A stretch of DNA of 64,000 nucleotides from Tubiluchus corallicola. Taxonomy: Eukaryota > Animalia > Priapulida. Under the pieces are notes generated by a model, which was not told the DNA's origin, ran no database searches, and saw only the letters and a list, made by a program, of their open reading frames with translations. The translations under genes and the position numbers were made by a program. Where the stretch lies: positions 1-64,000 of the forward strand of contig JAQGDQ010000051.1 of NCBI GenBank assembly GCA_030141605.1, written 5' to 3'. Shown one piece after another: positions 1 to 12,540 of the stretch (positions are counted from its first letter, which is position 1; the number at the start of each line of letters is the position of its first letter).

Positions 1-1
1 G

Positions 2-3000
2 TAAATACCAGTATATGGGATTCTTACCATCACCATCTTGACGAATTCCAGAATATTCTTCATCTACTTGCTTTGCGTAGCCTTTCTGGATATTGTCACT
101 CATGGCCTTCTTATATAGTTCCATGTAATCGCTATCCTTTTCAAATTTCCTTTCCAGCATTAAGAAGTTTCTTAAGGCTACATGCCTGTTGTTAGGCAAT
201 TCAGGTGGATCTTGACGAAATGGAATCTTAAACTGGTAATGTCCATCAATGAGCTGTGCAGAATCAGTAGTAACTTTTAATGCCTGTGCATCTTCTACTG
301 ACATGCCAACCTTTGCTTCTCTGACTACACCACAGGAATCCATTTCCCAAAACTTTTGAACTTGTTTAAGCAACACATCACCATCCTCAGTCTTCGTGTA
401 ATTGCTAGTGCACTGCAAACTATTTGATGTTCCTCCCAATATGGACCAGCCCAGCGGACCTCTAACTGCTATGGGTTCATCATTACTACCTGATCTTGTC
501 TCATAGACTAGAAAACATCGCGTTGCATTTGTGCCTATCATTAGCGTAACCTCATTGATGTCAGCTGTGTAGAACGGAATGGACTTCAAGTGCTCAAAGG
601 TGTTCAGCTCCACCCTTTTTGGACACTTTGTGGAACTCAAATTTAAACCATTCATAGCTGCTACACTTGGTAATTTGATATACTCATCGCAGTCGATTCC
701 AGACACTAGCAAGTCAATTTTCTCAACTTGTCGCTGCTCTTTTCCACACACAGTAGTTATGGACACTGTACCTTTGGAACCTTCAACATTGAGGTATTGC
801 AGAAGCTTTTGCTCACAAAGGCAAGAGCTTGAACAACTGTCCAGCATTGCTAATGTTGTAACAGTTCTACCGTTCAATTCCGACTTAACAGTTACAGGAA
901 CAACTTGTAGAAAACAGCCAGGATCGACAAACTGTGTAGAATTACAACTCCTCAATTCTGGTACATTACGATTCTCAGTCTCAGTGACTTCAGCGACCAC
1001 TACAGTGCCAGTACCTCCAGAGTGGTCATCGATTTGACTTGGCCCGGCTCCATTTGGCGGATTGTATGAAACACTAGGTGTCTTTTGCTGCCCTGGTTGT
1101 TGTCGTCTTTCGGTTATGCCACCACGACCAAACCTCGGTAATGGATGCAACATTTGGTGATGCTTTGTGCGTGTTTTACAGTTCGTGTCTTTGCACTTCA
1201 TTCCTAGAGGGCACATCTTCGATCTATGATCTGGCTTAAAGCAATTTATGCAAAGCTTCTTTTTAAAAACAAATTGGAATCTGTCATCGGTAACATTCTT
1301 CTTAAAATCAGTGCAGTCTTCCAAACTGTGGTCTCTAAGACACATTGGACATTTAGCATTTTGCCTTGCCAATTCGGTGTTGAAGACCTTTGTACTTTTG
1401 CTCCTTTCCATCCTTTTCCCAGAAACACCTCTAGAGGATAATTGTTTGCTGCTCTCAAATATGTCACCGAAGACTGGGTGGTTGCTTGCTTTGGCCTTCT
1501 TGCAAACGAAATACACTAAATCTGCAAATGTGGCTTCCTTAATATGATGTTGATTATTAGAGTCATCTTCTTCAGTGAGCGTACTTAACCACTGGCTTCG
1601 CCATTGCATTGGTAACCGCCTCACAATCTTCTTTAAATTATCAGAAGCATTAATATCCGCGTGATAACCTAGACGCCCTAAAGCATCTCGGCAATCAACC
1701 AGTTTATCAGCATAATCTTGAAGCCCTTTCCTGTCACTGACCTTGAACTCTGGTCCATCAATTAATCCATTAATGTATGCTCGGGCTATCACATAAGGAG
1801 AGCCAAAACGCTCTTCCAAAAGCTTCTTTGCTTTCAAGAAGCCTTCACTTGGTTGCAGCGTCACACCGTTTTTAATCAGCTCATAAGCCTTACCAGTTGT
1901 ATATCGTTGTAAGAAGTGCAATTTTTCTCCATCGTCGCTGCATTTTGATTCAACATTGGCCTCAAATGAGCATAGAAAACGATGATAATCAGTTGGATCG
2001 CCATTAAATTCAGTTAGCGCTGATGCAGGTAAAGAAAAACCTCGTTTTATTGCATCTGCCATCTCCCTGATAACATTGACATTAGATGCAGATGGTGTAT
2101 TCCTCACCTGGGCATCGTCAAGACAGTCGTACGTTACATGTCCTTCTGCAACTTGAGCCCCGTCAACAACACGAGAAGTTGGGTTCACATGAACGAGTGT
2201 GTCTGCACTTGTGAATGCACCTGCATTCATTGCTGTTTGTCTGGCTTTATCCTGGGAACGCCCTTGCGATCTGTGGTGGGCAGTTCCATGTGCAGGTGTT
2301 ATGTGAGACAAGTGTGAATGCAACTCAACTGAATTTGCATCTCTTTCTTCTTCCTGCAAAATTCGCAAACTCTCTGTTGCTATCTTAAAATCAGTCTCTG
2401 CTCTAACTTTTTCACACTCTTGTTCAATTTTCAACTGTTGTTGTCTTAGCACTTGTTCACTTTGCAACTGTTGTTGTTTTAGCATTTGTTCACCTTGCAA
2501 CTGTTCAAGCTTTAGTTTTGCTTTATAGGCATCCACCTTTATTTTAGCGCTTGAACTCACGCTGCGTCGCGAGTTTGCCTGTGATGAGCGTGTGCGGGCG
2601 GATCCATGATCGCTACCCGGTGGTGCGGGCACTTCCGGTGGCTTGAGTGAATGCAAACGGGCGGATCCATGATCACTACCAGGAGAAGGTGCTGCATGTG
2701 GGCTTGGTTGCCATTTCTGTTGTAGATACGCCTCCACGTTTGCTTGCACGGCACTGTACTCACAGCTTTTGCCATCCATGTACTCACATATTTCATCTAA
2801 TTCACATTGTTCAGTCACTAATTGCTTCAAAGTCTCACAAGTGTTTAGAACCTCCTCATAGGCCTTTGTTAATGAATCGGCCTTTTCCTTTATTAGTTCA
2901 AAATCGGCATTCTGTCGTAGTAGTGACTTCAAACCATTAATCAGTCTTGTCATGTAGGCCACTTGACCTGACCTAGTTCTTTTTAACTTTTTAATGTTCT

Positions 3001-3136
3001 CAGACGGCATTAGAAATTGTTGCCAATCAGGAATTGCAGTAGTACCCGTGACAGTAGATTCAGCTCCCAGTGGGGTACTCTCATCACTAATATTATCTGC
3101 TTGCTGAGAAAGTTCCTTCTTTCCAGACTGTGACAT
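2..3136 (-). CDS. BEL/Pao Gag-Pol polyprotein (partial, >1040 aa, no stop within window)
   Basis: ATG at 3136 (MSQSGKKE...). DUF1759-like gag LTEFNGDPTDYHRFLCSFEANV...LHFLQRYTTGKAYELI...LLEERFGSP; triple Cys/His knuckle CPMCLRDHSLEDC / CINCFKPDHRSKMC / C..TNCKTRTKHHQMLH; aspartic protease AMLDSCSSSC; BEL motif IAVRGPLGWSILG; ends at KNPIYWYL (start of the WYLPHH RT motif). The frame is the same at both ends, and the ORF track lists nothing in this frame, consistent with no internal stop. Confidence 0.92.
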   Translation of the reverse strand, partial: MSQSGKKELSQQADNISDESTPLGAESTVTGTTAIPDWQQFLMPSENIKKLKRTRSGQVAYMTRLINGLKSLLRQNADFELIKEKADSLTKAYEEVLNTCETLKQLVTEQCELDEICEYMDGKSCEYSAVQANVEAYLQQKWQPSPHAAPSPGSDHGSARLHSLKPPEVPAPPGSDHGSARTRSSQANSRRSVSSSAKIKVDAYKAKLKLEQLQGEQMLKQQQLQSEQVLRQQQLKIEQECEKVRAETDFKIATESLRILQEEERDANSVELHSHLSHITPAHGTAHHRSQGRSQDKARQTAMNAGAFTSADTLVHVNPTSRVVDGAQVAEGHVTYDCLDDAQVRNTPSASNVNVIREMADAIKRGFSLPASALTEFNGDPTDYHRFLCSFEANVESKCSDDGEKLHFLQRYTTGKAYELIKNGVTLQPSEGFLKAKKLLEERFGSPYVIARAYINGLIDGPEFKVSDRKGLQDYADKLVDCRDALGRLGYHADINASDNLKKIVRRLPMQWRSQWLSTLTEEDDSNNQHHIKEATFADLVYFVCKKAKASNHPVFGDIFESSKQLSSRGVSGKRMERSKSTKVFNTELARQNAKCPMCLRDHSLEDCTDFKKNVTDDRFQFVFKKKLCINCFKPDHRSKMCPLGMKCKDTNCKTRTKHHQMLHPLPRFGRGGITERRQQPGQQKTPSVSYNPPNGAGPSQIDDHSGGTGTVVVAEVTETENRNVPELRSCNSTQFVDPGCFLQVVPVTVKSELNGRTVTTLAMLDSCSSSCLCEQKLLQYLNVEGSKGTVSITTVCGKEQRQVEKIDLLVSGIDCDEYIKLPSVAAMNGLNLSSTKCPKRVELNTFEHLKSIPFYTADINEVTLMIGTNATRCFLVYETRSGSNDEPIAVRGPLGWSILGGTSNSLQCTSNYTKTEDGDVLLKQVQKFWEMDSCGVVREAKVGMSVEDAQALKVTTDSAQLIDGHYQFKIPFRQDPPELPNNRHVALRNFLMLERKFEKDSDYMELYKKAMSDNIQKGYAKQVDEEYSGIRQDGDGKNPIYWYL

Positions 3137-3280
3137 TACTATTTCCACACAGCAGTCTAAAGTTTTTACAGCAACGTAGCAGTAGTTGTCCTACACTCAG
3201 TGTTAACAGCAAAGTAGGTCAAGCTCAGAGTTGTGTACCTGTATAGGCTACAGCATGGCTTCTAATCTTCCACAGTTCAC

Positions 3281-3613
3281 TGTTGTAAAAAATAAACTTT
3301 CCACAGCAAATGTCTGCATAATAGTTCAGTCAGGTTAATGTTGTAATCACAGAAAACACTGTAAACAGAGGTTAATACCACTGAATGCTTTATTAACATA
3401 ATTAGTATGTCCAGTATAACATAAATGTTCAACAGCTCCCATAAGTGGATTAACCTGACTGTTCAGAGCACAGGTGTGTAATGACAGACAGGTGACTAGC
3501 AGGTAACAAACAGAAAAGCTGGCCAAAACCAAAAGCTTTACATTCACGTCACAGATGGCGCCTCGTGCACGATAAGTAAGATTAACAAAAAGAAAGCTAA
3601 GTCTGCTACAACA
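3281..3613 (-). repeat. Putative 5' LTR of the BEL element
   Basis: Minus strand starts TGTTGTAG (3613) and ends TTTTACAACA (3281; alternative end 3339). AATAAA on minus near 3389-3394. The second LTR is outside the window, so the boundary is unconfirmed. Confidence 0.65.
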
Positions 3614-3979
3614 GCAATTACAATAAGTGTTTATACGTTAGACAGTTTATTAACGTGATCAGTCTTAATGGGATAGTTGATTAACATTGATGTGTTGTTC
3701 GCACCTTGTCTATATTCCCCTGCTGCCCAGCAATGTAAGTTTTGTAAGTTGTGTTTTCTGAGATTGGGCAATTTGTAATTTATTAAGTTTAGCTGGAACC
3801 TATAATAAAAAGTGCTCTGTCTTGAGCAACACAGCAGAATTTGCCACCTCTTTTTACCGTTTCTATTAGTTACATTTCGTCACCGGATTGCAACTCGGTA
3901 CATAAATTTGATCATCTGAATATTTATAGTTTCAATTGATCAAAAACAGTTATATTTGAGAACAATATAACTTTCAACC

Positions 3980-4080
3980 TTAAAACACTTACCCAATGTT
4001 TAAAACATTTAAGACGCCTATCCATTGTTTAAAACACTTAAGACGCCTATCCATTATTCAAAAAACACCTAAGACGCCAA
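3980..4080. repeat. Short ~29-bp tandem repeat (AAAACACTTAAGACGCCTATCCATT...), about 3 copies
   Basis: Directly visible repeated unit. Confidence 0.6.
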
Positions 4081-6034
4081 TGAATCATTCCCTGGCATGG
4101 CCTGTTAAATAAATTATGTAAATAGTGTCTCCTCTTGTATGAGTACTTTTGTAGTTGTGTGCTCTGGTTTATTGTAATTTCAGTAATTTTAATGTTTTAA
4201 TGTGTAGTCATAATGTTTTATATATATTTTGTTTAGTTCATATGTATGTTTTATATGGAATTTAAGTCTGAATTTAAGGCCCTGTTTTTATGCAATTCAT
4301 CGCTGTGCTGGCAAAAAAGAAATTGTTTTAATTTTTGTGCTTGTCGTTGTTTTAGTTTTTATCTTTAAAGCTGACGATTTGATTCCATCATTGGTCGTTT
4401 CTAGTGTTTCTCTTACTTTTAAATGGTATCACTTTTAACCAAAATAAAGAAAATTAATTTGAATTTACTCGAGCAAGAAGAAATGCAAGATGAAGCATTT
4501 GTAACATTCCTAGAATTGTATGGCATTTCTCTGTTGCACACTCTTTGTTATTGATCTCGTTAATTACTCTTGCTTTTGCTTTTGCCATCGCTTACCGCTA
4601 ACCACCTTCAATCAGTGAGAAAAATTCGCGAGTGAAAATGAAATTACAGGCCCGAAATACTGAAATATTAGAAGCCACCTAATATTCAACTGAATAAATG
4701 CAATTGAATACATTTAGCTTCGAAGAAGAAAGACAACTTCTCTTTTGCTATAATCTTTTACAGAATTCGGGCGACCATACTCTTATTTAGTTTTAGTACT
4801 AAAAACCTACTTTTTGGATATTGAGTGTTATTTGCGAATGATCATTTTCCCACGAAAAATTAAAAGGAGATATTCACTTGAACTATGAAAAATACAGGGT
4901 AACTTAATTTGCAAGATTGTATCTATTGTATCTTCACTTCACTTCAGTAAAGTGAAATCTGTATGAAGACTACACTGCCAGTGTATTTAAGATCTGCCAT
5001 GGCTGGATCTAGAAACTTTTCACCTGCTGGTGAGGTGTTCATCTCAAGTTGAAGCAATTATTCTCAATTATTCCTATTGCTTATGTGAACAACTCAAAAC
5101 AAGACAAGCTTAGCTTTATGGCAATGATGTAGCGTTCCACAAGGCCTGCGTAATGAAACGATTGTAGCATGACCGAAATTTTGATAGGTATTCTGAATCC
5201 TGAACCTGACGATCAATTAAACAGAGATATGCTATTTAGCAAACAGAATAACTAAATTATGAAAGACCAAGATATTTATTTCTCTTTTTTGTCTATTACC
5301 AGTAAGCACTTGAGCGATTGAGCCTATATTGTAAACAAAATGGGCCCGCATTTGACACACATTTGGACACAAGACATAGATAATTTGGACGCATAAGTTA
5401 TTTAGACACAAGAATTTGACACTTGTAAAAGTAGGACATTTAGACATGTACAGCATACTTCTCGTAGTTCAACGTTTACTCGTCAGAAGTAACCACAATG
5501 ATGAACAGTAACTCGCTTTTGATGAACCCAGGCAAAAATCCATGACAAATAAAATCATTCCATTAATCACGAGTAACGACAAAAGCTTTTGATAAGACTA
5601 ACAACTTTAACAACTTAACTATCTTTCATTTTTAACACGAATTAGCTTGTTTTGAGTTGTTCTCTTGATAAGACTATACAAAATATAAACAACAGCTCCA
5701 TAACATTTTTAATAGTTCCTAAGTAGTTTGTGGGAATCTGACGTGTGTATGAGTCTGTATTTTGTTTTTAAGCTAGTATTTAACCAAACTGACGCAGTTT
5801 TGTGCTCAAATGTAGAGTTGTGCGTAGTCTGAACGTTTAGGCTTTTCGTTTCTTTGGTAGCCTTAGGTCCGTGAAACCCTTAACCTGTCCCTGGCAGCAG
5901 TACATTCGTCGTGTATAAGATGGATCTTGTAAAGCAGAATGTACGGTGTAAATGAAGCGATAGAGTGTGATGTGCAGCAGAAAACAGTACGATACTTGAT
6001 CGTTATTTCAATAATTATTCAGAGTTATTCTTAC

Positions 6035-6713
6035 CTCTGCTTTCATTGTGGACATGTGAAAAGGCTTCATGCACGCTGTCAATCGCATTGTTTTCCAAAA
6101 TATCAAATATAAGGTAGTCGACAACTTCTAATCCGTTCTCAATTAATGCTGCCTTTGCTAGGCGAGATGCACTTTGCCACAGAGTTTCCGAAACTGTGAT
6201 TAAAGCAACTTTTGACCATTGAAAGTATTTCATAAGTTCTACTAAAATTGGTGCAACTTTAGTATAAGGAGAAACTGTTCTGAAAAAAGTTGGGTAGTGT
6301 TCTATATTTGAAAACGTTGGTTCAAAACAGCCCCAAGAAACCATGGGTTTTTTCCACTTTCCAGCTAGAAGTCCCCCACTAGCGCACACATTATCACAGC
6401 CTGGTCCAATGAATGCGTCAACATTCTCTTTTGCCCAAAGATGCACAATCCTTTCCAAACCCGTAGCTTCGTCACATGCAGTGTTCGCATAAGTATAATT
6501 CAGCGTGTGGCCATTCAACGTAATGGCAGTGAAGTCGGATTGTTCAGACATTACTTCTTCTATCGCTCGCTGAGCAGGCTTTAAAAGTTTCTTCCCGATT
6601 ATCCACGAACCTGAAGTGGGCAACAAAATGCCGAGACGGAAATGCTCTGTCATTGTTAACGGGAAAGTGTTAATGAGTAGCATGATGCTAATGACAGGAA
6701 GAGAAGCCTGCAT
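6035..6713 (-). CDS. First coding exon of a receptor-type guanylyl cyclase / natriuretic-peptide-receptor-like protein (ANF_receptor extracellular domain); remaining exons probably left of the window
   Basis: Signal-peptide-like N-terminus, then GILLP...VDAFIGPGC...W.KPMVSWGC..PTFSN...YPTFFRT...LMKYFQWSKVALI. Phase-1 donor AG|GTAAG at 6035/6034. An upstream acceptor (tttcag) at 6816-6818 implies a non-coding 5' exon (candidate donor at 9844). Confidence 0.85.
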
Positions 6714-7834
6714 GATTGTCCCCTCGCACGAGTGAGAGAGTCAATTAAGTATTATTTCGTGAAGACTCGCGTCTCCAACGCTACAGAGGATATTGATTCA
6801 GAAGCCAGTAAACACCTGAAACAAGTAAACATGGAGTAATGGCGTTGTATAATAATAATTAGAAATCTGTGCACCTGCCGGTTCTGATAGTATCAGTTTG
6901 AACTTTGTAACCTGGGCGAAGTAATATGATTCTAAATTTCGAAATAAAAATAGTATCTACCTTCATCTGCAGACAATTCCTCTGGCCATCTTTTTTCTCT
7001 ATAAATTCTGTCTGTTGCTACACGCCCGTATTTGTATCTTTCATATTTATCTCGTTTGCTTATTATTTTTAGGTAAGATTTGTCCACCAGGAGGTCGTGT
7101 CAGTATTTCTTTAAAACCGTTTTTCGTAGGCGTTTTGCTGAAAGTCCAAGATGTGTCTTATCTACAGAAGTTATCTTTTGCTAATAGCTTTTTGTACATG
7201 GTTCTTTACTATTTTTCTGTTAGAGACTTTTATTAGAGATGTTTGTTTGATGCACATCAGGTTTCTGTATTATCGCTGCTGAAATGCAACCTACCTTTTT
7301 TGTTGTGTTACCCTCATTATCTACAGTTCAGAATCCTTCAACTGAATACTACGTCAAAGGTTAAATTAAACCGGATTTTATGAATATATTTGTACATCTG
7401 TAAAAAGATAGCTGGCCGGCTTTAGAGGCGAAGTAACTATAAAAGTCCATTGATCAAAAGAAAAAAAGAAATAACTACATTCTTGCAACATAAAATTTTC
7501 ATTCGAGTTTTACTGTTCACTTTCTCCTGTACGCTGACAAACTAACTTGTGTAAATTGGTGTTTTATTCAATACGCATGCACACAATGTAAAGTGTGTAT
7601 GTGTCTGTCTTCCCCAATTCAAGTTCCTCTCACTAATGAAAGGTCGTTTTCATTTCCTTACCTAACAAACATTCCAGTCCTTAGAGTGGAAGTTACTAGA
7701 AGCCATTTCTTTTGCACTTGTTTTAAAGCATATTTTACAACTGACCTAGTTAATGTTAAAATTACATGATGCGTATAGGCGCTTGAGAGAGCTCAGAGAA
7801 TGTAAAAAATCAAACGTAAGAAATAAATCTTCTA

Positions 7835-8310
7835 AGATAAAGTAAGGGAAAGCAAGAGATAAGTTATAAGGTAAGGCAATGTAAGGTATGTTAAGGTAAG
7901 ATAAAGTAAGATAAGAGAAGGTTAGGTAAGGTAAAGTAAGACAAGGTAAGGTAAGGTAAGGTAAAATATGGTAAGCTGTAGTGAGATGAACAAGATGAGG
8001 TACGGTGAGGTAAGGTAAGGTAAGGTAAGGTGAGGTAAAGTAAGGTAAGGTAAGGTAAAGTAAGGTAAGGTAAGGTAAGGTAAGCTAAGGTAAGGTAAGG
8101 TAAGGTAACGTAACGTAAGGTAAGGTGGGGCTGCAAGGTAAGGTAAGGTAAGGTGAACTAAGCTAAGGTAAGGTAAAATAAAGTAAAGCAAGCTTAGGTA
8201 AAGTAAGGTAAGATAAGGCAAGGTAAGGTAAAGTAAGGTAAGCTAAGCTAAGGTAAGGTAAGAAAATGTAAAGTAATGTAAGGTCATTTAAGGTAAGATA
8301 AGCTAAGCTT
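7835..8310. repeat. (GTAAG)n pentanucleotide microsatellite
   Basis: Direct inspection. Confidence 0.97.
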
Positions 8311-11300
8311 TATTTAATATTAATTATCTACATGTGCATAAAATAACCTGAAAAATTAAAGTTTTTCTTGACATTTGTTGTTAGAATAACTAACGTTTCA
8401 TAATGTTCCTGCTGTTTTTCGGTTTTCATAAATGTTTATGATTTTCATGCAATGGTTACGAAATTACATTCTTGATATTTAAAGCTCTGGGTAGTGCAAA
8501 AATAGTTTCTAAAGCGGTAATAATCCAAATCGTGCACTTTTCAAGCGTTTGTAGCTAATTCAATTACACACATTAGCATTTTAACCAGCCGAGAAAATGC
8601 AGCTGGCAACGGTACAAATAAACAGACATGCTAGAGTTACTCCGTGTTCTAAATTTTTGTGAACAAAACGGATCCATGGCAACGGTAAACCATGTTATAA
8701 TTGCCGTATCCGGGGTGTTGGGCAGAAAAAACGCTGTAAGCGTGTAACCCAGTACTTTGCATTCCGGATCAATTTTTATAAAACATTCATTGATATAAAC
8801 CCAAAATTGCATTCTGTCTATTTAACTGACCGTTATAGGATGAGATTTAACATCACATAAAGTGATGTTAAAGGATGTTTATAGGATATTTCGTTTTATA
8901 TATGTATGTATATATATATATATATATGTAGCTGATGTAGGGTGTTTACTTAAGAAAGCGTACTTGTACTTAATATTAAATGGTCAATTCAACTCCATGA
9001 TTCGCGTTTTGTTTTAGCTGAAACGTTTGATTAGCCTAATTAAAAACACGCAGCATAATTTAGGCCGCAGTATCATCCGTCCTGCCTCCGCTATGAACGG
9101 ACGGGAGTCCAATATAATTATTATTTCTCATTCTAGTACGACTCTCTTCACTAGCTTGTGCAATATCACAATGTATATTCTTAGAAATAAATCTGACTTC
9201 AGACAAACATTTAATTATCGCGCTATATCAACACTATTATAAAGCAAGCTTCTGGAATGTATAATTTTTACAAGCTGCAACGAAATATATATGTCCGCGC
9301 GCAGTATTCTGTCTAAATTACTGACTTGCATCAAAACTATTTGCATGATCCTGGCTAAATTTGTTTGTGAGCTGAAAGTATTTTTGTAACAAATATATGA
9401 TCTCGTCTCCCACTAGATAATACAAAAACTATAACAACTCTCGCATTGTCATAGACTCATAGCTAGGCTAGGTATCGCTTTTACAGTTTCCCCCAGCCAA
9501 CTTTTTCTGACTTCTCATTAAAGAACTGACAGAATGTCAAAATGTTGGCCGTTTGTTCTTTCATACCATGGCAAGTCTCATTCGATCATAACCTGTCTTT
9601 CTAATTGCTCGTTCATTGTGAATTAAAGTTTTTGTGTAGCCTTTTTTGAATTTTGTTATGCGAGTAAACGTGTAATGAATTTTTTACTAGAAAACTCTTT
9701 ATACTAAAATCTCACTTGCGTCCAACATACTTGCTATAAGATCACTTGCATCACGTGATCACATATGATACACGTGGGCAGATTTACAAGCCTGTAGAGA
9801 CTTCATTATTTTATCGCATCCTTTTTATTAGACTAATACTTACCTTGTCACATGATGCTGATGTCACTCGTTTTTCGCATCTTTACTATCCCCTACTTTT
9901 CTGCGACTTTGGAATATCCACATCACAACGCTGACGTTAGTCTATCTTTCTAAACTGTTCTAAAAGGTTTCTCGATGTTTTACGCAACTCTTAGAGTGGA
10001 GGAGCCATATAATCTACATTCCCTTGGCGCATGTCCGATATTTGCTAAATTGTGGTAATTAGGAACACCTCACAAGCACTAGCAGTATACTAAAACCTTT
10101 CGTCTTACTGATGCTGCACGCATCTTCTGCACAGGTAAGACAAATCAATTTTATGCCGCATTCAGGTGCGCGTCTCTAGAGACTAAGAATTAGCTACTCG
10201 TTCAAATATATTCTAATCTCTAAAGATTAAGCGATGATATTAGCACTCTGACTGAGAAGCGTTGAATGCACGCGGAGCATAAATGAACCCAAATTCGATG
10301 TGTAAACCTATCCGACATACACCTAAGACAAAAGACAACAGCAATGACAACGACAACATCATCATCATCACATCATCTTCATCTTTAATAATAACAGCAG
10401 CAGTTTCAGTTTTCGATTTTGACCAAAAATGTGAGAAAAATGTGAAGTTAACAGGCAAATTATATCTAACGTCTCTTGTTAGTGAGCACCTTTTTCAAAG
10501 GAAAGGACAAGTCTCTTAGCATGTCTGGTTTATTTTACTGCTATGGTGAACTTGGAAAAGTATAAAAAAGAAATTTGCAGAAAAGTGTCTATAAAGCATA
10601 AAGTTAATTTATGATACAGAATTTATACTATTATTCACTTGACATACTTTTGTGACTGGTGGACTTCCTGAAGTTTTGTAGGCGCATCATGGCTTTCTGT
10701 CGCGCAATGTTTAAACTAATTCAAGCTTCTGCAGCTCAGTTAGTGCTCGCGCAAAAATATCACAAAATTAGTCAACTAATTTTAGTAAAAGTTAAGTTAT
10801 ACTTTTGAAGTAAATTGACAATGCGATGCTTTTCTTCAGTCGACGCGTAACGTTTTCGGTGGAAAGATGGGTATTCAAAATGTGAGCACTCAAGCGTGGA
10901 ATGATCGTGACTTCAACGTGATTTTAGTAGTTACACGAAACGCTTGCTACACTTTTATTACTAAATCCTTTTAAAAATTTTCGTGTGAGAAGCCTAACAT
11001 CCCCGGAGGCTTGGTCTTTCCCGCAACGAACTTCTCACATTTTGTCAGTTGATTTGCTTTCACTGCCTGTTCTTTTTAGACCTGTTTTTTTATAGTATAA
11101 AAGATTATAAGTTCCGTTTATCGTCATATAAGATATACAAATATAAAATAAAATTATTATTATTTATAAGCTTAGTAAAAATGAAGAATAGCATATGCAG
11201 CAAAAATCGTTAGAAAGTTCGATTCTGTAGCTTACATATTTTTATGACATGGAGATGTTGAAATCCACTGACTTATTTACCTGCTTATGTTGCAGTGAGT

Positions 11301-11759
11301 TAGGCTTATAAATTTGTCTTTTATTAGTTGATCAATAAAAATAGTAATGTGCGAGCTAAGTAAAAAGCGCGCCATATACAAGTACCAAAAATTCAATCTA
11401 AAATAATAAAAGCAAAAAAACGCGACAATTACAATAGAATAATTACGCTAGATCTAAAATTACAATTGAATACAAACTAAGAAACATTGTCATTTTGATT
11501 TTTAGCTGATGTATATTTCTAACATTGTTTACTTCACATGGAATATCAGTCCATTCAATGGCGTCGTTGCATTTAAATATTTCAAAAAAAATTGTTTTAC
11601 ATTTGGGAGCATGGAAATTGATGTCTAGCCTTACGAACATGTAGGCCTTTATAATAAATAAAAAAATTTTAAAATATTTGGTAATGAATTGTTCAAGAAG
11701 TTGTATACAAAACAGCGTTTTTAAGTTTATTAATGGCATTGTCAATAGTATAGTAATTT

Positions 11760-12540
11760 ATTGATTTTTGGCCAAAACGGCCGATCAAATAACAAGCTTA
11801 TACTTACAAATTTTATCTACAAATGCGAACAAACTTAGCTATATATAGCACATTGAACAGTGACATCATGAGATCGCATCATACAAGCTAGTTTGTCATC
11901 AATATTTAAAAAGTAAAAATCTGGAATAGAACGTGTGATTGTACTCATAAGGAAGTTACGGGCGATGCTGTGTATATAGCAAAATAGAAGAAAATGAATT
12001 TCGATACCAAATTCGTTACAGCTGGCACATAAACGCTCCTCTCGCCGAATTATATGCCTCTCGTTTAAATAAGCAGTCAGTGAACGCTTTGTTCTAAGCT
12101 TAGTCATTGTTTTTCGATCTTTCACATTCTTTACACTTACCAAATACGATTCAAATTTAAAATCCGTTTTACATTTACTGTAAAAAAATAACTTTGACAT
12201 TTCGACTAATGAATTTTTCAATTAGTAACATAACAAGCTTGTAACTTTGTTTCAGCAATATAAATGTGTATGATGTGTTTGCCACAGTGAGTGTAATCCG
12301 TAAGTTTTAATTGAAAATATAGTAGCCAAATACCATTGACTAATAAACATAGTAAACAACTACTGGCTATAACACATTAACATAAATCGTACAGGTAACT
12401 TGTTTTTTATCCGCGAGCATGCGGATCTAAGAGAACCCATTTGCTGATATACTATTCTGTTATTGTTTTGTTAGGCATCACGTTTTAGGACTCGAAAACT
12501 ATAATACGTTGAGTCACGAAACTTGCAAGATAGACACCTG
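11760..12540 (-). mobile_element. Degraded non-LTR retrotransposon (LINE) 3' fragment
   Basis: Translation YLVSVKNVKDRKTMTKLR....ERLCASCNEFGIEIHFLLFC resembles the C-terminal Cys/His region of CR1/L2-group ORF2. Boundaries approximate. Confidence 0.7.

Larger units (their letters stand above)
1..3613 (-). mobile_element. BEL/Pao LTR retrotransposon, 5' portion (5' LTR + gag-pol), continues beyond left edge
   Basis: Long minus-strand gag-pol ORF with BEL hallmarks, preceded by an LTR-like segment with TGTTGTA...TACAACA terminal inverted repeats. Confidence 0.93.

Noticed and set aside
579-2940. Short ORFs listed in the track over 579-2940
   Set aside because: They are antisense or off-frame shadows of the BEL gag-pol ORF.
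7891-8221. (LTLPY)n ORFs
   Set aside because: Translations of the (CTTAC)n microsatellite.
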